Below the pieces are notes generated by a model. That model saw only the letters and a program-made list of their open reading frames with translations, made no database searches and was not told the origin of the DNA. 38,150 nt of DNA from Psammoneis japonica (lineage: Eukaryota): the NCBI GenBank assembly GCA_008632985.1, contig QPGO01000001.1, forward strand, positions 426,600 to 464,749, given 5' to 3'. Every line of letters starts with the position of its first letter. Position 1 is the first letter of the stretch. Of this stretch, positions 1 through 12,217 are shown piece after piece. The translations under genes and the position numbers were made by a program.

Positions 1-745
1 ACTTCAGTGGGAACTGCATTTGGCTCTTGTGCTTCTCTACAAAGTCATGCACATCGTCCACAATTTCTTTGTCCATCATGTCTGCATCCTGGGTGGCAGT
101 CACACAAGCCAATTTACTTGCACACTCCATGCGAGATTTAAGCAAGCCCAGCAGTTAACTCGCCAAGGCTTTGTTCTTGTTTGCCAGCACTGTCAGCAGC
201 TGTTCCAGCTCATTCACGGGCTTTCTCAAAGTGTTGCCGGCAATGCTGTCTGCTCTGGCGACTTGCTCATCACTCAACTTTTCCCATTCAACACGCTTCT
301 TCCGTTGACTGTCACGAGAGTGCTGAAATTTGTAAAGGCATTTCTTCTTAATGCCTTGCGACATGGGTGAGAGCAGATCCTCATCTCCATCACCACTGGA
401 AGCATTTCTCTTTAGCAGGATGTGCAGATGGATTGGTTTGTTGCTCTTTTCCTCCTTTGCCCTTCTTTTTCTTCTCCCTTTCTTTCCTTTTTTTCATTGC
501 TTTGTCGAGTGCATTCTTGAGCTTTTTCTTGTCCTTCTCACTCACACTGCAATGGACTGCAGGAGAGACTGCTTCACTGAGTCGAAAAATCTGAGAAGAA
601 TTGACTTCTTCATTGCTTTTTCGGTCGAAAGAGCATGACAACAACATTGGCGCACGAGTGTTTTGATGGTGTTTTTGCTCGGGTTCATCCTCTTGCTCTT
701 CCTTGTCTTGATTGAAGACCAGTTCCACATCTTCTTCTTCTTCAT
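1..745 (-). pseudogene. Unidentified degenerate Lys/Glu-rich coding relic abutting the broken copia RT
   Basis: Minus-strand ORF pieces 390-728 and 155-364 read like a charged protein. No recognisable motif. TpA-depleted like its neighbours. Confidence 0.25.
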
Positions 746-749
746 CATC

Positions 750-1480
750 AGCATGTTCATGCCGAGACAGTCGTCTAGAGTGCCTTGAGCATCAATGTCA
801 AAATTCGCGTCTCCAATGTCTTGCATTGCTTTGTCAACAGCAGACTTGTCAAGGGATGCAAAGATGCCATCGTCCACATGATGAACATAAAATGATGTTG
901 TCGCGAAAATGCAGACACTCATCAACCGCTGAATGAATGAAGCCAATTTGCAACAATCCATCACGCAAGTGCTCCTGCCATGCTCTCCCTGCCTGCTTCT
1001 GACCACATGAATTCTTTGGCAATTTCAGAACATGAGTCTTGCCATTGCCACATTTTGTTTCAATTCCAGCAGGTGACTCCACATGCACATCACATTCGAC
1101 ATCAGCGTGCGGGTGTGCCAGAACGAAGTGAACCTGTCGGGTGTGCCATTTGTTGAGCATGGACATGATCAGCAGAAGCCGGACAGCAAACCAGAAGACA
1201 ACCGAGGAGCAAGTCTGAAAGCAGTTGACCGCATGCTCTTGTTTTCCACCGTGCACGTTGAGTCTGGACTTCCACTCATGGACCATTTGTGTTTTGACAT
1301 CTCTTTTCCTTTTCACAGACCACACAGAAGGGAGAATGTCAGCATCAGCAGGTGCATCCTCTCTTGGAATAAGTGCCCAATGTCTCTTTTCAATGTGGTC
1401 ATTTGCTTCCTTGACACAAGCTTTGATGAACTCGTCTCAGTCCGGTTCACGCATGACCTGGTCAAAATGCCATTGCATCG
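750..1480 (-). pseudogene. Copia reverse transcriptase (RVT_2-type) relic
   Basis: WSVKRKR..WKSRLNVHGGKQ, RQVHFVLAHPHA, KLPKNSCGQKQAGRAW (consensus KNLYGxKQAGRxW), HVDDGI (consensus YVDD). Confidence 0.93.
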
Positions 1481-1964
1481 GGGTCCGAGCTTGCAAAAAA
1501 AGAGACAGGTGAGTCCATGTGTCCTGCAACTTGTAATCATCTTCATGCATGGCGTCACAACAAGCCTCTGCCTCAGCATCATAGGATGCAACACCTTGAG
1601 CCCGTTGTGGTTGGCTCTCGCGCATCGTCCTTTTGGTCGGGCGTCATTGTCGTCGGACCTGCTGGTGCTGGGCTGACCCATGGCATGCTGTGGCTCAGGT
1701 GCAGCATCGGGATCATTGGAGGCGTGTGCAGGACCTCATCATCCGGCTGAGCATTGTCAAATGAGTCATCAGCAGTCAATGTGTCACCAGGATGCAGCAG
1801 CTGAGGCGGAATTTCAGGACCCGGTTCAGTTGGTTCCGTTGCGGCAGGAGCAGGGTCCCTCACATCATCTGACCTCAAAAAGATGTTGAGTGTCCTTCCT
1901 GACTTCAGTTGTTTGAAACCCGTTGTGCCTTGCCATTGTGAGAATGTTGAAGGATTTCCAGCAG

Positions 1965-2890
1965 ATGGATGAACGGTCTCAAAGAAGTTGTCAAATTGTG
2001 CGTGAAACTGCGGTGACACAAGCCCAGTTTGCAAATTTAAAACCAAGGGCTGAACCTGCATGTCTTGTTGAGGGTCCGAGATTGATTCACAACCTTGTTC
2101 TTGTTTCCCATTTGGGTGTTCTACCTCCTCCTTGCAATCGGTTTTGCAGGGCATAGACTGGGCATCCGAAAGCATGATGTTGCTTGAGGTTGGGTTGAAC
2201 CTTGACGGAAGAGAAGCGCTCCAAGGGAGAGGAACCATCCTCATGATTCAACAAGTCTGAGAGCACTCGGCCAGTTTAGCTCACCTTGCTTTTGCGTGCA
2301 AGGGTTGCTTCTGAGCCTGTTCTTGGAGGTCCCTTGTTCTCTTTTTCGTGATGCCATTTTGGAAATGAGCGTTTGCGCCACAGTGTGAGATAGTTTGCTG
2401 TTGTTTCTCCACGTCTTGGATGAATGCATCATCAGCAAACCTCCCATTGTCGGCATGGCAGTGTCAAATGCGAACGTGCATCCGTCATGCGAATGCCTCA
2501 AAAGCATGCTTGGCTTGAAGAGTCTCCGCCGAGGCAAGTCCCCTCTGCAAACATGCGCATCCCAAGCCACTGCAGTGATCAACGAACATTGTTGCGGCTC
2601 TGGTCTCTGTACGGCAGGCCTCCCTTTGAGCTGTGGGATCAGTCCAGGAGCAGGACTCTCAAGTTGATCGACGGATGCGGCTTCTCCAGGTGAAGTTGCC
2701 AAGTGGATTCGTCTGTTCCACTTGGACTTTGAGCACCACGGTCGTTTTGTCATGGCACCGCATGGGCAGCCGGCGCACTTTGGATTCTGCACCTTTGTAA
2801 GGCATCTCAGAAGGATGCCTGGGGCAGCCAACAGCTTTGTCATTTTGAATGACATGTGGCCCAGGTGACAGTGCCAACGCAACAGTTTGC
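1965..2890 (-). pseudogene. Copia GAG-pre-integrase plus integrase relic
   Basis: LLRWHCHLGHMSF..KCAGC (HHCC zinc motif), PGEAASVDQLES (first catalytic D), C-terminal LVLNLQTGLVSPQFHAQFDNFFETV. Confidence 0.88.
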
Positions 2891-3470
2891 CCTGATCATC
2901 AGTGGCAGCAAGGGCATCATCATTTGGCATCATGTTGATGGGTTCCGGCAAGTCCTGCTGCACCTCTGGTGTCGTGAAATCCTTGAGGTTTTCCTCATCT
3001 GAGTCTGAACGACTTGTTCCATTTGTTGGCTAAAACAAAACGGGAACATCCGCATCAGCAGCATTGCGTGCGTCTTGCGTCTCGGAAGGACGTGTCTCGG
3101 ATGGACTTCTGAAGACGTCTTTTTCAGTTGCAGCCTCCGCATCATTTGCAATGCTTTCATCGTCTGGTGGCATGATGTGAGCTTGACAGGCCACGTGTTC
3201 AATAGATTGGACATCGGTTTTGGTCTCGACAGCGGCTGCAAAGGTCCAGTGTTTGTTGGAGCTGGGTGCGGAACGCATCTTGGCAACGTCAGAGTTGGCG
3301 GACCATGGAATCAGATGATTGCACTTCCTCTGGTCCCACAGCAGTAAAAGTCCGTCATCCCCAGTCCAGGATGCAGCGCCGTGAGGCTCTGGCTTGTGAT
3401 CATTGGCTTGTTGACTCCATTGTTGAGGGCAAAGCAGGCAATGAGGTGAGTCGGGAACGTGTGGTGCATC

Positions 3471-3680
3471 TCAAATTTTGATGCTGTGCACCTGTCCCAA
3501 GTCGTCCTCAATCTGCCACTGCACCGCACCCTCTCCCTTGACACGCAGATGACCCTTGACACCAAGTGCCACCTTGTTGGACTTCCGAAGAGGGCCAACA
3601 AAGTGACTTGCATTGTTTGACATGGTGCAAGAAGAGTGGCTGTCAACTCCAATCACGAAAGAGTCCGAATCGCAAGTGGG
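3471..3680 (-). pseudogene. Copia aspartic protease relic
   Basis: DSDSFVIGVDSHSSCTMSN..GEGAVQWQIEDDLGQVHSIKI resembles the protease region of diatom copia elements. Confidence 0.75.
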
Positions 3681-4063
3681 ATCCGTTCGCTGGGACGGAA
3701 TGGAGCAGTGGAGTTGCAAGCCGTGCATGTGTGGCAGCTCTTGAAATCATGTCGAGCTCTCTTGGTGGCCACTCTGGAGCGGTGACCTGGCCTCGTCGAC
3801 GTGAGACACCGTGCACAGCACCTTGTCGTTGGCCATCGCTGGCAAGTCTTGACTTGTCTTGTGCCAGTTCAGCCAGGACATGTGAGATGACCCACTCACC
3901 TGGCGTCATTGCGGCACGGGACCATTGCTTGCACTGTTTTGCAGGAATGGACAGCATCGTGAATGGCAGCATGATCCAGATTAGTGTGGCGCATTTCATG
4001 ATGCCAGCGACTGCCATGAGGAAGGCTGATGCAGCAAAAGCGCTTCCAGGAGCAGCAGCAGCA

Positions 4064-4815
4064 TCAGAGTCGACCTGTGATCAGGCACTCTTGGTCCACT
4101 TCATTGAGAATGGTGGAGACAGCACTGGCAAAGGACACCTTCTTGTCACGTGTGTCATCAGATTGGGCAAGCTGTTGTTTGTGAAGCCTGCAGCCTTGAT
4201 TGCCCGGATCGTCAGGTGAGTGCATGACCCAGGCGGTGTGACATGGGCACCAGTGGCAGTCGCGATTGTTGACTCGCTTGTGATGATGCTGATGCCCATT
4301 TGCCATCTTCTTAGGAGTGTCCTCCTTGGGCGGAACTTTCTTCCAGGCTTCGTCAGCCTTTTGCTTCTGACATGGGGCAGTCTTGGTCTTCCTTGACTTG
4401 GTGCTTCTTTCCGTTCCTGAGCCAGCCTCAGCCTTCAGAGCCTTGGACAGCTGAAGGTTCTGGTCCTTGATGGAGCCCACCTTGGATGTGAGCACAATGA
4501 TTTGCTCTTCAGCCGGCGACAATGCTCCCCATTTCTTCTCACGTTTGAGGTCAGTGCGCTTGTTCAATGCCAATGTCATGATCTGAGTCGGCGTGAAGTC
4601 CTCACCGTCGTCGCACCTGTCCTTGTGCAGCATGATGCACTTGAGGAAGACTTCGTCAGCAGCAGCGGTGCATCCCTTGAACAATTCACAATGAGATCGT
4701 CGCACTGCTCTCCTCTAGCTAGGAGTCCGTCAACGTCAAGCTTGGTGCACTTGTTAGCTCTTCGATGTCCGAGTTGACGGCCACCATGCATGCATCCAGG
4801 CTTGACAAGCTCAGA
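4064..4815 (-). pseudogene. Copia gag C-terminal relic
   Basis: LSSLDACMVAVNSDIEE, GLLARGEQCDDLIVN, LFKGC, WKKVPPK..CHWCPCHTAWVMH (Cys/His knuckle). Located upstream of the protease. Confidence 0.75.
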
Positions 4816-5299
4816 AAAGGGCAATGGTTTTGACATTTTTTTTTCAAGTGGCACCAAGTGCACAATTTTTTTGATGCTCGAGACATTGTTGTTGCATTTC
4901 ATTTTTTGTTGTTTTCATTGATCTCAACAACAGCAGCAGTGTGGTGGTTGAAGACAGTCAACAAGGCATTGCAAACACTGCTGTCCTTGCAGCAGCAGCC
5001 CACTGCTGTGAAAAAGAGCCATCTCCTTGAGTTGTTGGTTGGTTGTGCAACAGAAAAATCTCAACAATGTGTGTCATTTTGTACATTCCAAACAATGACC
5101 AAGGATGGAAGGGGCCATTCTCATCTTGACAAGCCACTCTTGCATCCACCATCCTGACACCAACCAGAGCACTGGCAGTTGTTGCATCAAAGCACCACCA
5201 ACAACCATCAATGCACATCAAAACCCATCATCAAGTTGGCTGGAATGGAAGAAAAATGACAAGGAAGAAAAATGACAGGTTTGTCAGCCATTTGTCTTG

Positions 5300-6640
5300 C
5301 TGTTTTGCACACATGCAGCATCCTGCAAGAGGCTGCACACAGCCAAATTACAGTGCCAGGGGTCGCTGACCATTCAAACACCCCATGAAGCTTCTGGTGC
5401 TAACCCCACATGTTGCCAAATTGATGGCAGGCAGGCAGTGCTAGAAGTCATCAGTCCTGCCTGCATCAAACACTTGGGACTCACCCAGGTTGTGCGGTGC
5501 TTCACTGCAGGAAAAAATGCCAGCCAATGCAATGATGGCATGCCAGAGCAAATGACATTTGCTGGCAAGAACATTTGCCACATGCAAGCAGTGTTCACAC
5601 TTGTTCTGTGTGTGGATGGCACACTTTGTGCATTGCATGCAGCCAACTCAACAAAATGGCACCAAAATGACAAACAATCCCCTGGGCATGTGGCGCTCAC
5701 TGTGAAGTCATGCAGCACCTTGCGTCTTTCAATGGGCCCATTGGACAAGAAGCATCGCAAAAAAAAAGCCAGATGACAGCCAAAGCAGCCACAGTGGTGT
5801 TTGATGCAGTCTGCAATGCCAACAACAGCAATGAAAGCATTTGCTGCAATCTGCGGCACAGCATGAGAGACCAAGCACTCTGCAACAATGGCCAGCCTCA
5901 CATTTTGCCCACTGCTTGCTGATGATGGGGGACACCTGTTTTTTCCACTGCCATGTCCACATTTCCTCCTCCAATGGTGTCAAATGAAGCCAAAATGCTT
6001 TTTTGGTCATTTGTGTCAACAAAGCAACAAGAAGGGTCCAAAGTTGATGCTGCTGCACAGGCTGAGCTTTGCCTGTTTTGTTTCACATCTTTGAAGCACA
6101 CACATCAATGAACATTTGACTGTGAGCTGCTCAAGAGAAAGCTGAGCTGTGGCTGATCTTGCAGGGTGCCATTTGGAGATGAAAGCTGTGCCCAATCTGT
6201 GCACCCACCCTCAGCTTCAAACACATGGGTGTGTGCATGATGTCTTTCTGTGTTTGCCCATGCCAACACAAAGCAGGTGGAAATGGCATGCCAAAAGTTT
6301 GGACCACATGCTTCATGTGAGAAGGGGTGCTCTTTTGCATGCTGGATGCACACACCCATGTCTCAAATTTTGGGATGTTGGGCACACACCCAAGTCTGGA
6401 GCAAATTTGTGGTGGCTTGGCCATTGCCAAAGATGTTGGCAAGATGGCACCAGGCATGTTGCTTGTGGCAAGAGAGATTGTGCCAAGATTCTCCAGATCA
6501 CAAAAAAGAGAAAGTCTGGTGTGTGTTCTTGTCACAAAGCACAGCCAGCACGTGCAAGCTGCACAGAGCATTTGTTGCTCACTGTTGTGCCAGCAAGCAG
6601 CCCCCACTTTGAGTCAAGAGATGAGTTGGAGACATGACAC
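5300..6640 (+). pseudogene. Heavily eroded unidentified coding relic, probably TE-derived
   Basis: Semi-continuous frames (5297-5776, and 5888-6637 with stops) in DNA nearly devoid of both TpA and CpG. No motif recognised. Confidence 0.2.
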
Positions 6641-7179
6641 AGCAAAAAGTGGTTTTTGGGCATGAAAGGCTTTTGGCGGCCCAGCGCTTTCCAGATCTCT
6701 GGATTTTAACTTCTTGGGGGGGGTTTGGCACGCTGATGTTGGCTTTTTCAAAGTGACAGCAAAGGTCAAAGCACCAAAGTGGTGGATTGTCTGGAGAATG
6801 TGAGCAGCAAATCTGCTGTGGTGAGATGAAAAAGTGGCAAGGAAATGGCAGCCATTGGTTGATGGTGCACGTGTGTGTGCCAACAGCTCTGGGATGAGCT
6901 GCAAGCTGGCAGCTGCCGGCAGCATCTGCTCTGCTCTAGCTAGAGTGGAGCCAGAGCAGCAGCCAGTGGCAGAGAGCAGCTGCACCAGCAGCTAGAGAGC
7001 AGAGCAGCGGCTGCTGCTGAGCTGCTGTGATGATGTTGCAAGCTCGCTGAAGTGCCTTCTGACCCCAGCAGATTTCTGCGTCAAGCGCCAGAGACAGCCA
7101 TGTAAAATGCACACATCATTGGACGATGATGCAGTCCCAACTTGAAACGGGAGTCTGTTCTCCATTTCACATCTTTTGC

Positions 7180-8415
7180 CATGACAGGATTTGAACAAGA
7201 ATGACTCACCCTTGTTCTTTGCTCAACATTTGAGCATTGACAATGTCAGTGGACATGGAGAGTAGAACTCTGGTCCAGACCCAGTGCAACACCTTGCTGC
7301 TGTCTAAACAGCAGATGAGTGTCCCGCCGAGATGCTGTCACAGGTGCCCCTGTGAACAATGGGGACATGTGTTCCAGGGTCAGGAACAGTTTTTGGTCTG
7401 GCCAGGTGGAAGTGCCTGGTCTTGTGCCTGTCACAGCCGCCCAGATGCACAGACACCTAAACGGCTAAGACACTTGGTTGGTGTGACTCGAACCCAAGCC
7501 CATTTGGAATTCGCACCAGAATGTGCCATTGTTGCCAATGGATTTCCATTCCCCGACCAAGGAATGAAGTGATCCATCAGCATTTACACTGCCAATTTCA
7601 CCACTGTTGCTGTTCACTGTTTCTGCATTCATTGTGAAGGTTGACTGCCGAAACTTGATTCTTCTTCGAATTCTGTCAGAGTGTTGTTTTTTGTCTCTTG
7701 CCATTTTGCGTCAAATTCTGTCAGATTGACAGTCTTGATGACCCTCGTAAATCCATGAGCTGTCATCAAGCGACAAAAACATCCTTTGCAAGGACACAAG
7801 TGCGTGAATGCCAAGCAGTGACTAGAGTCGATTCTGGGGTCAGTTTTTAACAGCAAAGCCAGAAGCCACTTAGAGAGAGATGGATGAATGGCACTCACAG
7901 TGTCAGGTTGATGGGGAGTGACAGAATTTGAAGAAGAATCGAGTTTCGGCAGTCAACCTTCACAATGAGTGCGGAAGCAGTGAATGCAACAGTGACAAAA
8001 TTGGTGTTGCAAATGCCAACAGATCACTTCATTCCTCGGTCAGGAATGGAAATCCATTGGCAACAATGGCACATGCTGGCGCGAATTCCAAATGGGCTTG
8101 GGCTCGAGTCACACCAACCAAGTGTCTTGGCCGTTTGGGTGTCTGTGCATCTGGGTGGCTGTGACAGGCATGAGACCAGGCACTTCCACCTGGCCAGACC
8201 AAAAACTGTTCCTGACCCTGGAACACATGTCCCCATTGTTCACAGGGGCACCTGTGACGGCATCTCGGCGGGATGCTCATCTGCTGTTTAGACAGCAGTG
8301 AGGTGTTGCACTGGGTCTGGGCTGGAGCTCCACTTGCTGTGTCCACTGACTTTGTCAATGCTCGAGTGTGGAGCAAAGAACAAGGGTGAGCAATTCTTGT
8401 TCAAATCCTGTCATG
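7180..8415. repeat. Long inverted repeat: arms 7180-7678 and 7919-8415, spacer about 240 bp
   Basis: catgacaggatttgaacaagaat at 7180 is the reverse complement of the sequence ending at 8415. The arms align throughout, and the ORF track shows the same peptides on opposite strands. Confidence 0.95.
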
Positions 8416-8877
8416 CCATGCCACGCACATGCACAACGCTTCACCAAAAAATGAGGCAACAATGGCAGTGATCCATTTGGATTTTTTTTTTCATGTGGCA
8501 CTTCCTCCCTTGAGACAATGTACGATCAAATCCCTGTTTGGTCCAGAAGGCTGTGACCACAAGTGGGTCAAGCTTCACAATCACGATGCAGCTGTGGTTT
8601 GTTTGAGGACCAAAGAGGAAGTTTGGCTCACATCACGCATCACGTGGCTGCAACTGCTTCTTCCTTTGAAGGTGATCATGACACAGAAGGTGTCACCCCT
8701 CCCACGTCCAAAGCTTCCATTGGACCCTTTTTCTGCAGTGCAATTGACCGCATGGGAAGTGACCAATGTCAACCACCCGTGTGCACAAGAAAGCAACCAG
8801 CAAAGATTGCTGCACATTTGAGAGAAAGAGAGCTTGAACAACAAATGGAATGAACAAAGACAATTGTTTGTGGGTGT

Positions 8878-9140
8878 GTGAGAGCATCTGTTGTCATGAA
8901 TTGTTTCTTTTCTGTTGAAGCCACAATGTCTTGCACTCACAAATCTTTTCCATTGCTGCCATTTGCTCCCAAGTGCCAATGTTGCCATGCACGCATCATG
9001 AGACACCCTGCCTTGCAACATGGGAGAAGACGAGTGAGAGCATCCATTGTCAGGATTTTTTTCTCTTCCATTGAAGTTGTCACAACTTGCACTCACAAAT
9101 TGTTTCTGTTGCAACCATCTGCTCCCAAGTGATGCCATGG
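8878..9140. repeat. Two diverged direct copies of a roughly 105-bp unit (starts 8878 and 9035)
   Basis: Both copies run gtgagagcatc..ttgtca..ttgaag..cttgcactcacaaat..tgctcccaagtg..tgccatg. Confidence 0.8.
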
Positions 9141-10400
9141 GTCACCTTGACACACGCCTTGAGGTGCCCCGCCTCATGATCAAGTGCATTGCGGTGGGTC
9201 TTGAAGACCTTCTTCACCATTCTCTCAAGCATGTCACAGTTCAATTCAGGTGAGTCTGGGTCATTGTCATGAGTGTGGTAGAGGGCCATGTGCTTCCGAG
9301 CATGGGCGGAAACTTCCGAGTCATTTCTGGTTCAGTTGCCTTGATGCACTTGTTCACTTCTGAAATGAAATCCTTGAATGTTCGTTTTCTTGCCATCAGA
9401 ATCTTTCAAAAAAATTTCTTCTGGTGACCCCAACCAAACTCAATCCTGTCCCCTCCAAACTCACAGCAATGCTTGGGCATGAAAATGATGGTTGCTGTGC
9501 AAGTGTCGTCAGAGATGCTCTCAGCAGGTGCTCAAAGGTGGACTTCTCCTTCACAAAATCAGAGCAATGAGAAAGGATTCTTTCCAAGATGCATGGCTCC
9601 ACTCCTCTTTCAGGTTGCCATCTTCATCAAAATGTTGTTTTGTTCCCTTTGCTGAGTGACGTGACATCAGGACGTTTGGGTCAATGAAGCCACGCTCCCA
9701 GCATGTCTGCAGCAATCCCTTGGGCTTCCCTTCCCACCCCTCTTCAATGTCTTCAACTTGGACAGCAAGTGGTGTTCCACACTGATTTGCCAGTGCTGCC
9801 AGCTCTTTCTTCCTGTGCATCTTTCTCTGCAATTTCACCCCTGCACGAGTCAATTTGTCAACCAGTTGGGCATTGGTCTTGTCTTTGGTCTTGTGCATTC
9901 CCAACCCTCTCTGTCTTTTCTCCTTCTTTCGTGCTCCTCTGGTGGCATGTCAAATGGCCCAATTGCGTGGGTTTTGTTTTTTGTGACATGAAGACAACAG
10001 CTGTGTTGCTTTGTGAAAGGGAGAGCAAGTGTGAGCCAAGCTCACCGTCCCTCCTCAAAGCCTCCTCCAGACATCCCCCGTCAAGTTTTTCTTTCCAATC
10101 TCCAAAGTCCTGTCATGCTTTGATGATTTTGCTCCAAGTGGAGACTGGAAGCCACTGTCCTCGCACCACGGCATTCGAGCTGACAGCGCGGAATGCTTTG
10201 AGGACAATTTTACATTCACAGTGGACAATTGCCAAGCCATTTCAGTGTGACTGTGTCAATGGATCAGTGCTGGACACAAATGTCTGGTGTTGGCTTGGCA
10301 ATTGTCTTCCATTCAGTTCCAAAGCAATGGCGGAACGTTTGTCATGGCGTTGCGTCTTTGGTGTCATTTTTCCCGCGGTGCGATTTTTTGCTCGATGGAG
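9080..10400 (-). pseudogene. Degenerate DNA transposase, probably IS630/Tc1/mariner-related
   Basis: EGWEGKPKGLLQTCWERGFIDP, SDFVKEKS, and in a shifted frame MPKHCCEFGGDRIEFGWG (resembles PKYHCELxxIExxWG, the third catalytic motif), then KTHRNALD. The upstream boundary is uncertain. Confidence 0.7.
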
Positions 10401-10621
10401 GTCAGTCTGAAGGTGGGTCAAAGCAATCACAATTTTTTATGCCAGGGCTGCACAATTCTTCTTTGAGCCACAAGTGCGCGCAGTGAGCTTGCACATTGTG
10501 TGCGTTTTGAGTTTGCGTTGTTGCCCACTTCCATCGCACAAACAATGCACCGTGCTTTCATCTTGGCCATTGTTGTCATGTTCCAGCACAACACACACAA
10601 ACACATTCCAGTCCCGTTGCA

Positions 10622-11230
10622 ATGAAAAAGAGTTCCCAATTTTCTTTTAAATGTGGTGTGCCATCCAACAACATCAAGGTTGTCTTGTTGGGTGAATCCG
10701 GAGTGGGCAAGAGCAGTTTGGCTCTGGTGTTTTGTACGAATGAATTTTGTCCGCACTCGGAATCCGCCATTGGTGCAAGTTTCATGTCCAAGACGCTGGA
10801 CAATGGTGTGTCCTTTAACATTTGGGATGCGGTGGGACAAGAAAAGTGCCATTCGTTGGCACCCAAGTGTTGTCTTGGTGCCGCCGCGGCCGCACTCGTC
10901 TTTGATTTGCTCTCCTTAACATCATTTGAATGCATCAAGAATTGAGCAAAGGAACCACAATCCAACGGACCTCCCGACATTGTCTTGTGCATGTGTGGGA
11001 ACAAATTGGATTTGGCAGAACATCAGCAAGCATCCTCGGAGGATGCACAAGCCTGTGCCAACGAGGTTGGAGCAGCCTTTTACACAGAAACGTCCGCACG
11101 AGACCATGTCAATGTGAATGAATTGTTTGAACAAATGTCAAAACATGTGCCAGTCACATCGAGTCAGCAGCAAGAGGATGGATTGGATTTGAGATGTCAA
11201 GAAGGAGGCACGAGAAGTGGGTGTTGCTGA
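10622..11230 (+). pseudogene. Intronless Rab5/Rab22-like small GTPase pseudogene
   Basis: GESGVGKSS (G1), IGASF, WDAVGQE (G3), GNKLD (G4), ETSAR (G5) and a C-terminal CC prenylation motif, all in one frame. TGA at 10943-10945 replaces the conserved Trp, and conserved Tyr residues are Cys/His. Confidence 0.93.
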
Positions 11231-11493
11231 AACTAATCACAAATTGTTGCAGCCAGTGCAACCCCATCAGAGCTGTTTTGCCATGTGATGCTCCTTCCAA
11301 AAATGTCGACCATGAGTTGCATGCTTGATGTTTAGAAGCCACTGGCATCAAAGGTGGCGATTGTTGTCACCGCTGTGATCTCTGACAAAGCATCATCTGT
11401 GGCACTCAATTCTCAGTTCACACCGCAATGCAGTGGCATTTCGGACTCAAGTGGCCTGTCCCATTTGCCAAGAAACAAAGTGGCTGTCAACAA

Positions 11494-12119
11494 GTTGGCA
11501 AAAATCTCAAGCTTTTTTTTGCTGCACCGCAACCGCTCATCGCGAGTTTTGACATTGATAATGCTTTTGGCCTCAAATGCTGGTGAACAAGGCATCGGCG
11601 GAACGGCAATTATTGCAAGAACGTGTTTGTTGCTTTGTTCATGAAAATCCATGATGATTTGTCGAGAAAGGTTGTTCTTGCAGGCATTTTTTGTGCATTT
11701 TTGCATTGGGTGTTCCCGAGAATTTGATTGCTTTTCGATTTGGCCTTTTTCTTTCACGGAGACATGCCAAATGCATCTCCATCATCATGTTCATCTTGCC
11801 TGCATGCTGGATCTTGGACAACGGTTCTGTCGGCATCGTGAAAGAACGTTTTGTTGTTCATTTTGGGGGGCGCTGCAGTGTGTTGTCTTTGTTGCATCAT
11901 TGTCATTGCTTCAAGGAGGATCTGCTCTGGGACATCCAAGGCACGGAACGTCTCTTTGTCATGTTTAAAAGAGATTCGTTGCTTTGAATTTTTCAAAACA
12001 GTGATCCAGGCATCGTGAAATCATTGTGTGTTGTCAGCATCATTGCCGCAGCACCCGTTTGAAATGGCTCTAACGGTGTGTTCACCTTTTTCCATCGTTC
12101 CTGAGTGCAGGTTTTGTCA
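11494..12119 (+). repeat. Left inverted arm (more eroded copy)
   Basis: Aligns to the reverse complement of 15874-16504. Most mismatches are TA/CG versus TG/CA. Confidence 0.95.
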
Positions 12120-12217
12120 AGTGACGAGTGTGATCATTGCCTTTCCATCGCATCTTGTGGCAACAGCAGCTGAGTTGCTTGCTGCGGGGGAGGGCAACAT
12201 TTTGGAGAGGCACAGAG

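Larger units (their letters stand above)
745..4820 (-). mobile_element. Degenerate Ty1/copia LTR retrotransposon (diatom CoDi-like), truncated at both ends
   Basis: Domain order gag-protease-integrase-RT on the minus strand is diagnostic of copia. Many frameshifts and stops. No LTR or RNase H recognised. RT breaks off after DCLGMN near 750 and gag breaks off near 4815. Confidence 0.92.

Noticed and set aside
5248..5280. 16-bp tandem duplication gaagaaaaatgacaag; also a GCA-rich tract near 6880-7030 and a (GA)n/poly-G run near 34222-34249
   Set aside because: Short low-complexity repeats with no evidence of function.
10943..10945. TGA at a conserved Trp in the Rab as a sign of an alternative genetic code or readthrough
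   Set aside because: PFK uses TGG for Trp and TGA as its stop, and the Rab has many other disabling changes.
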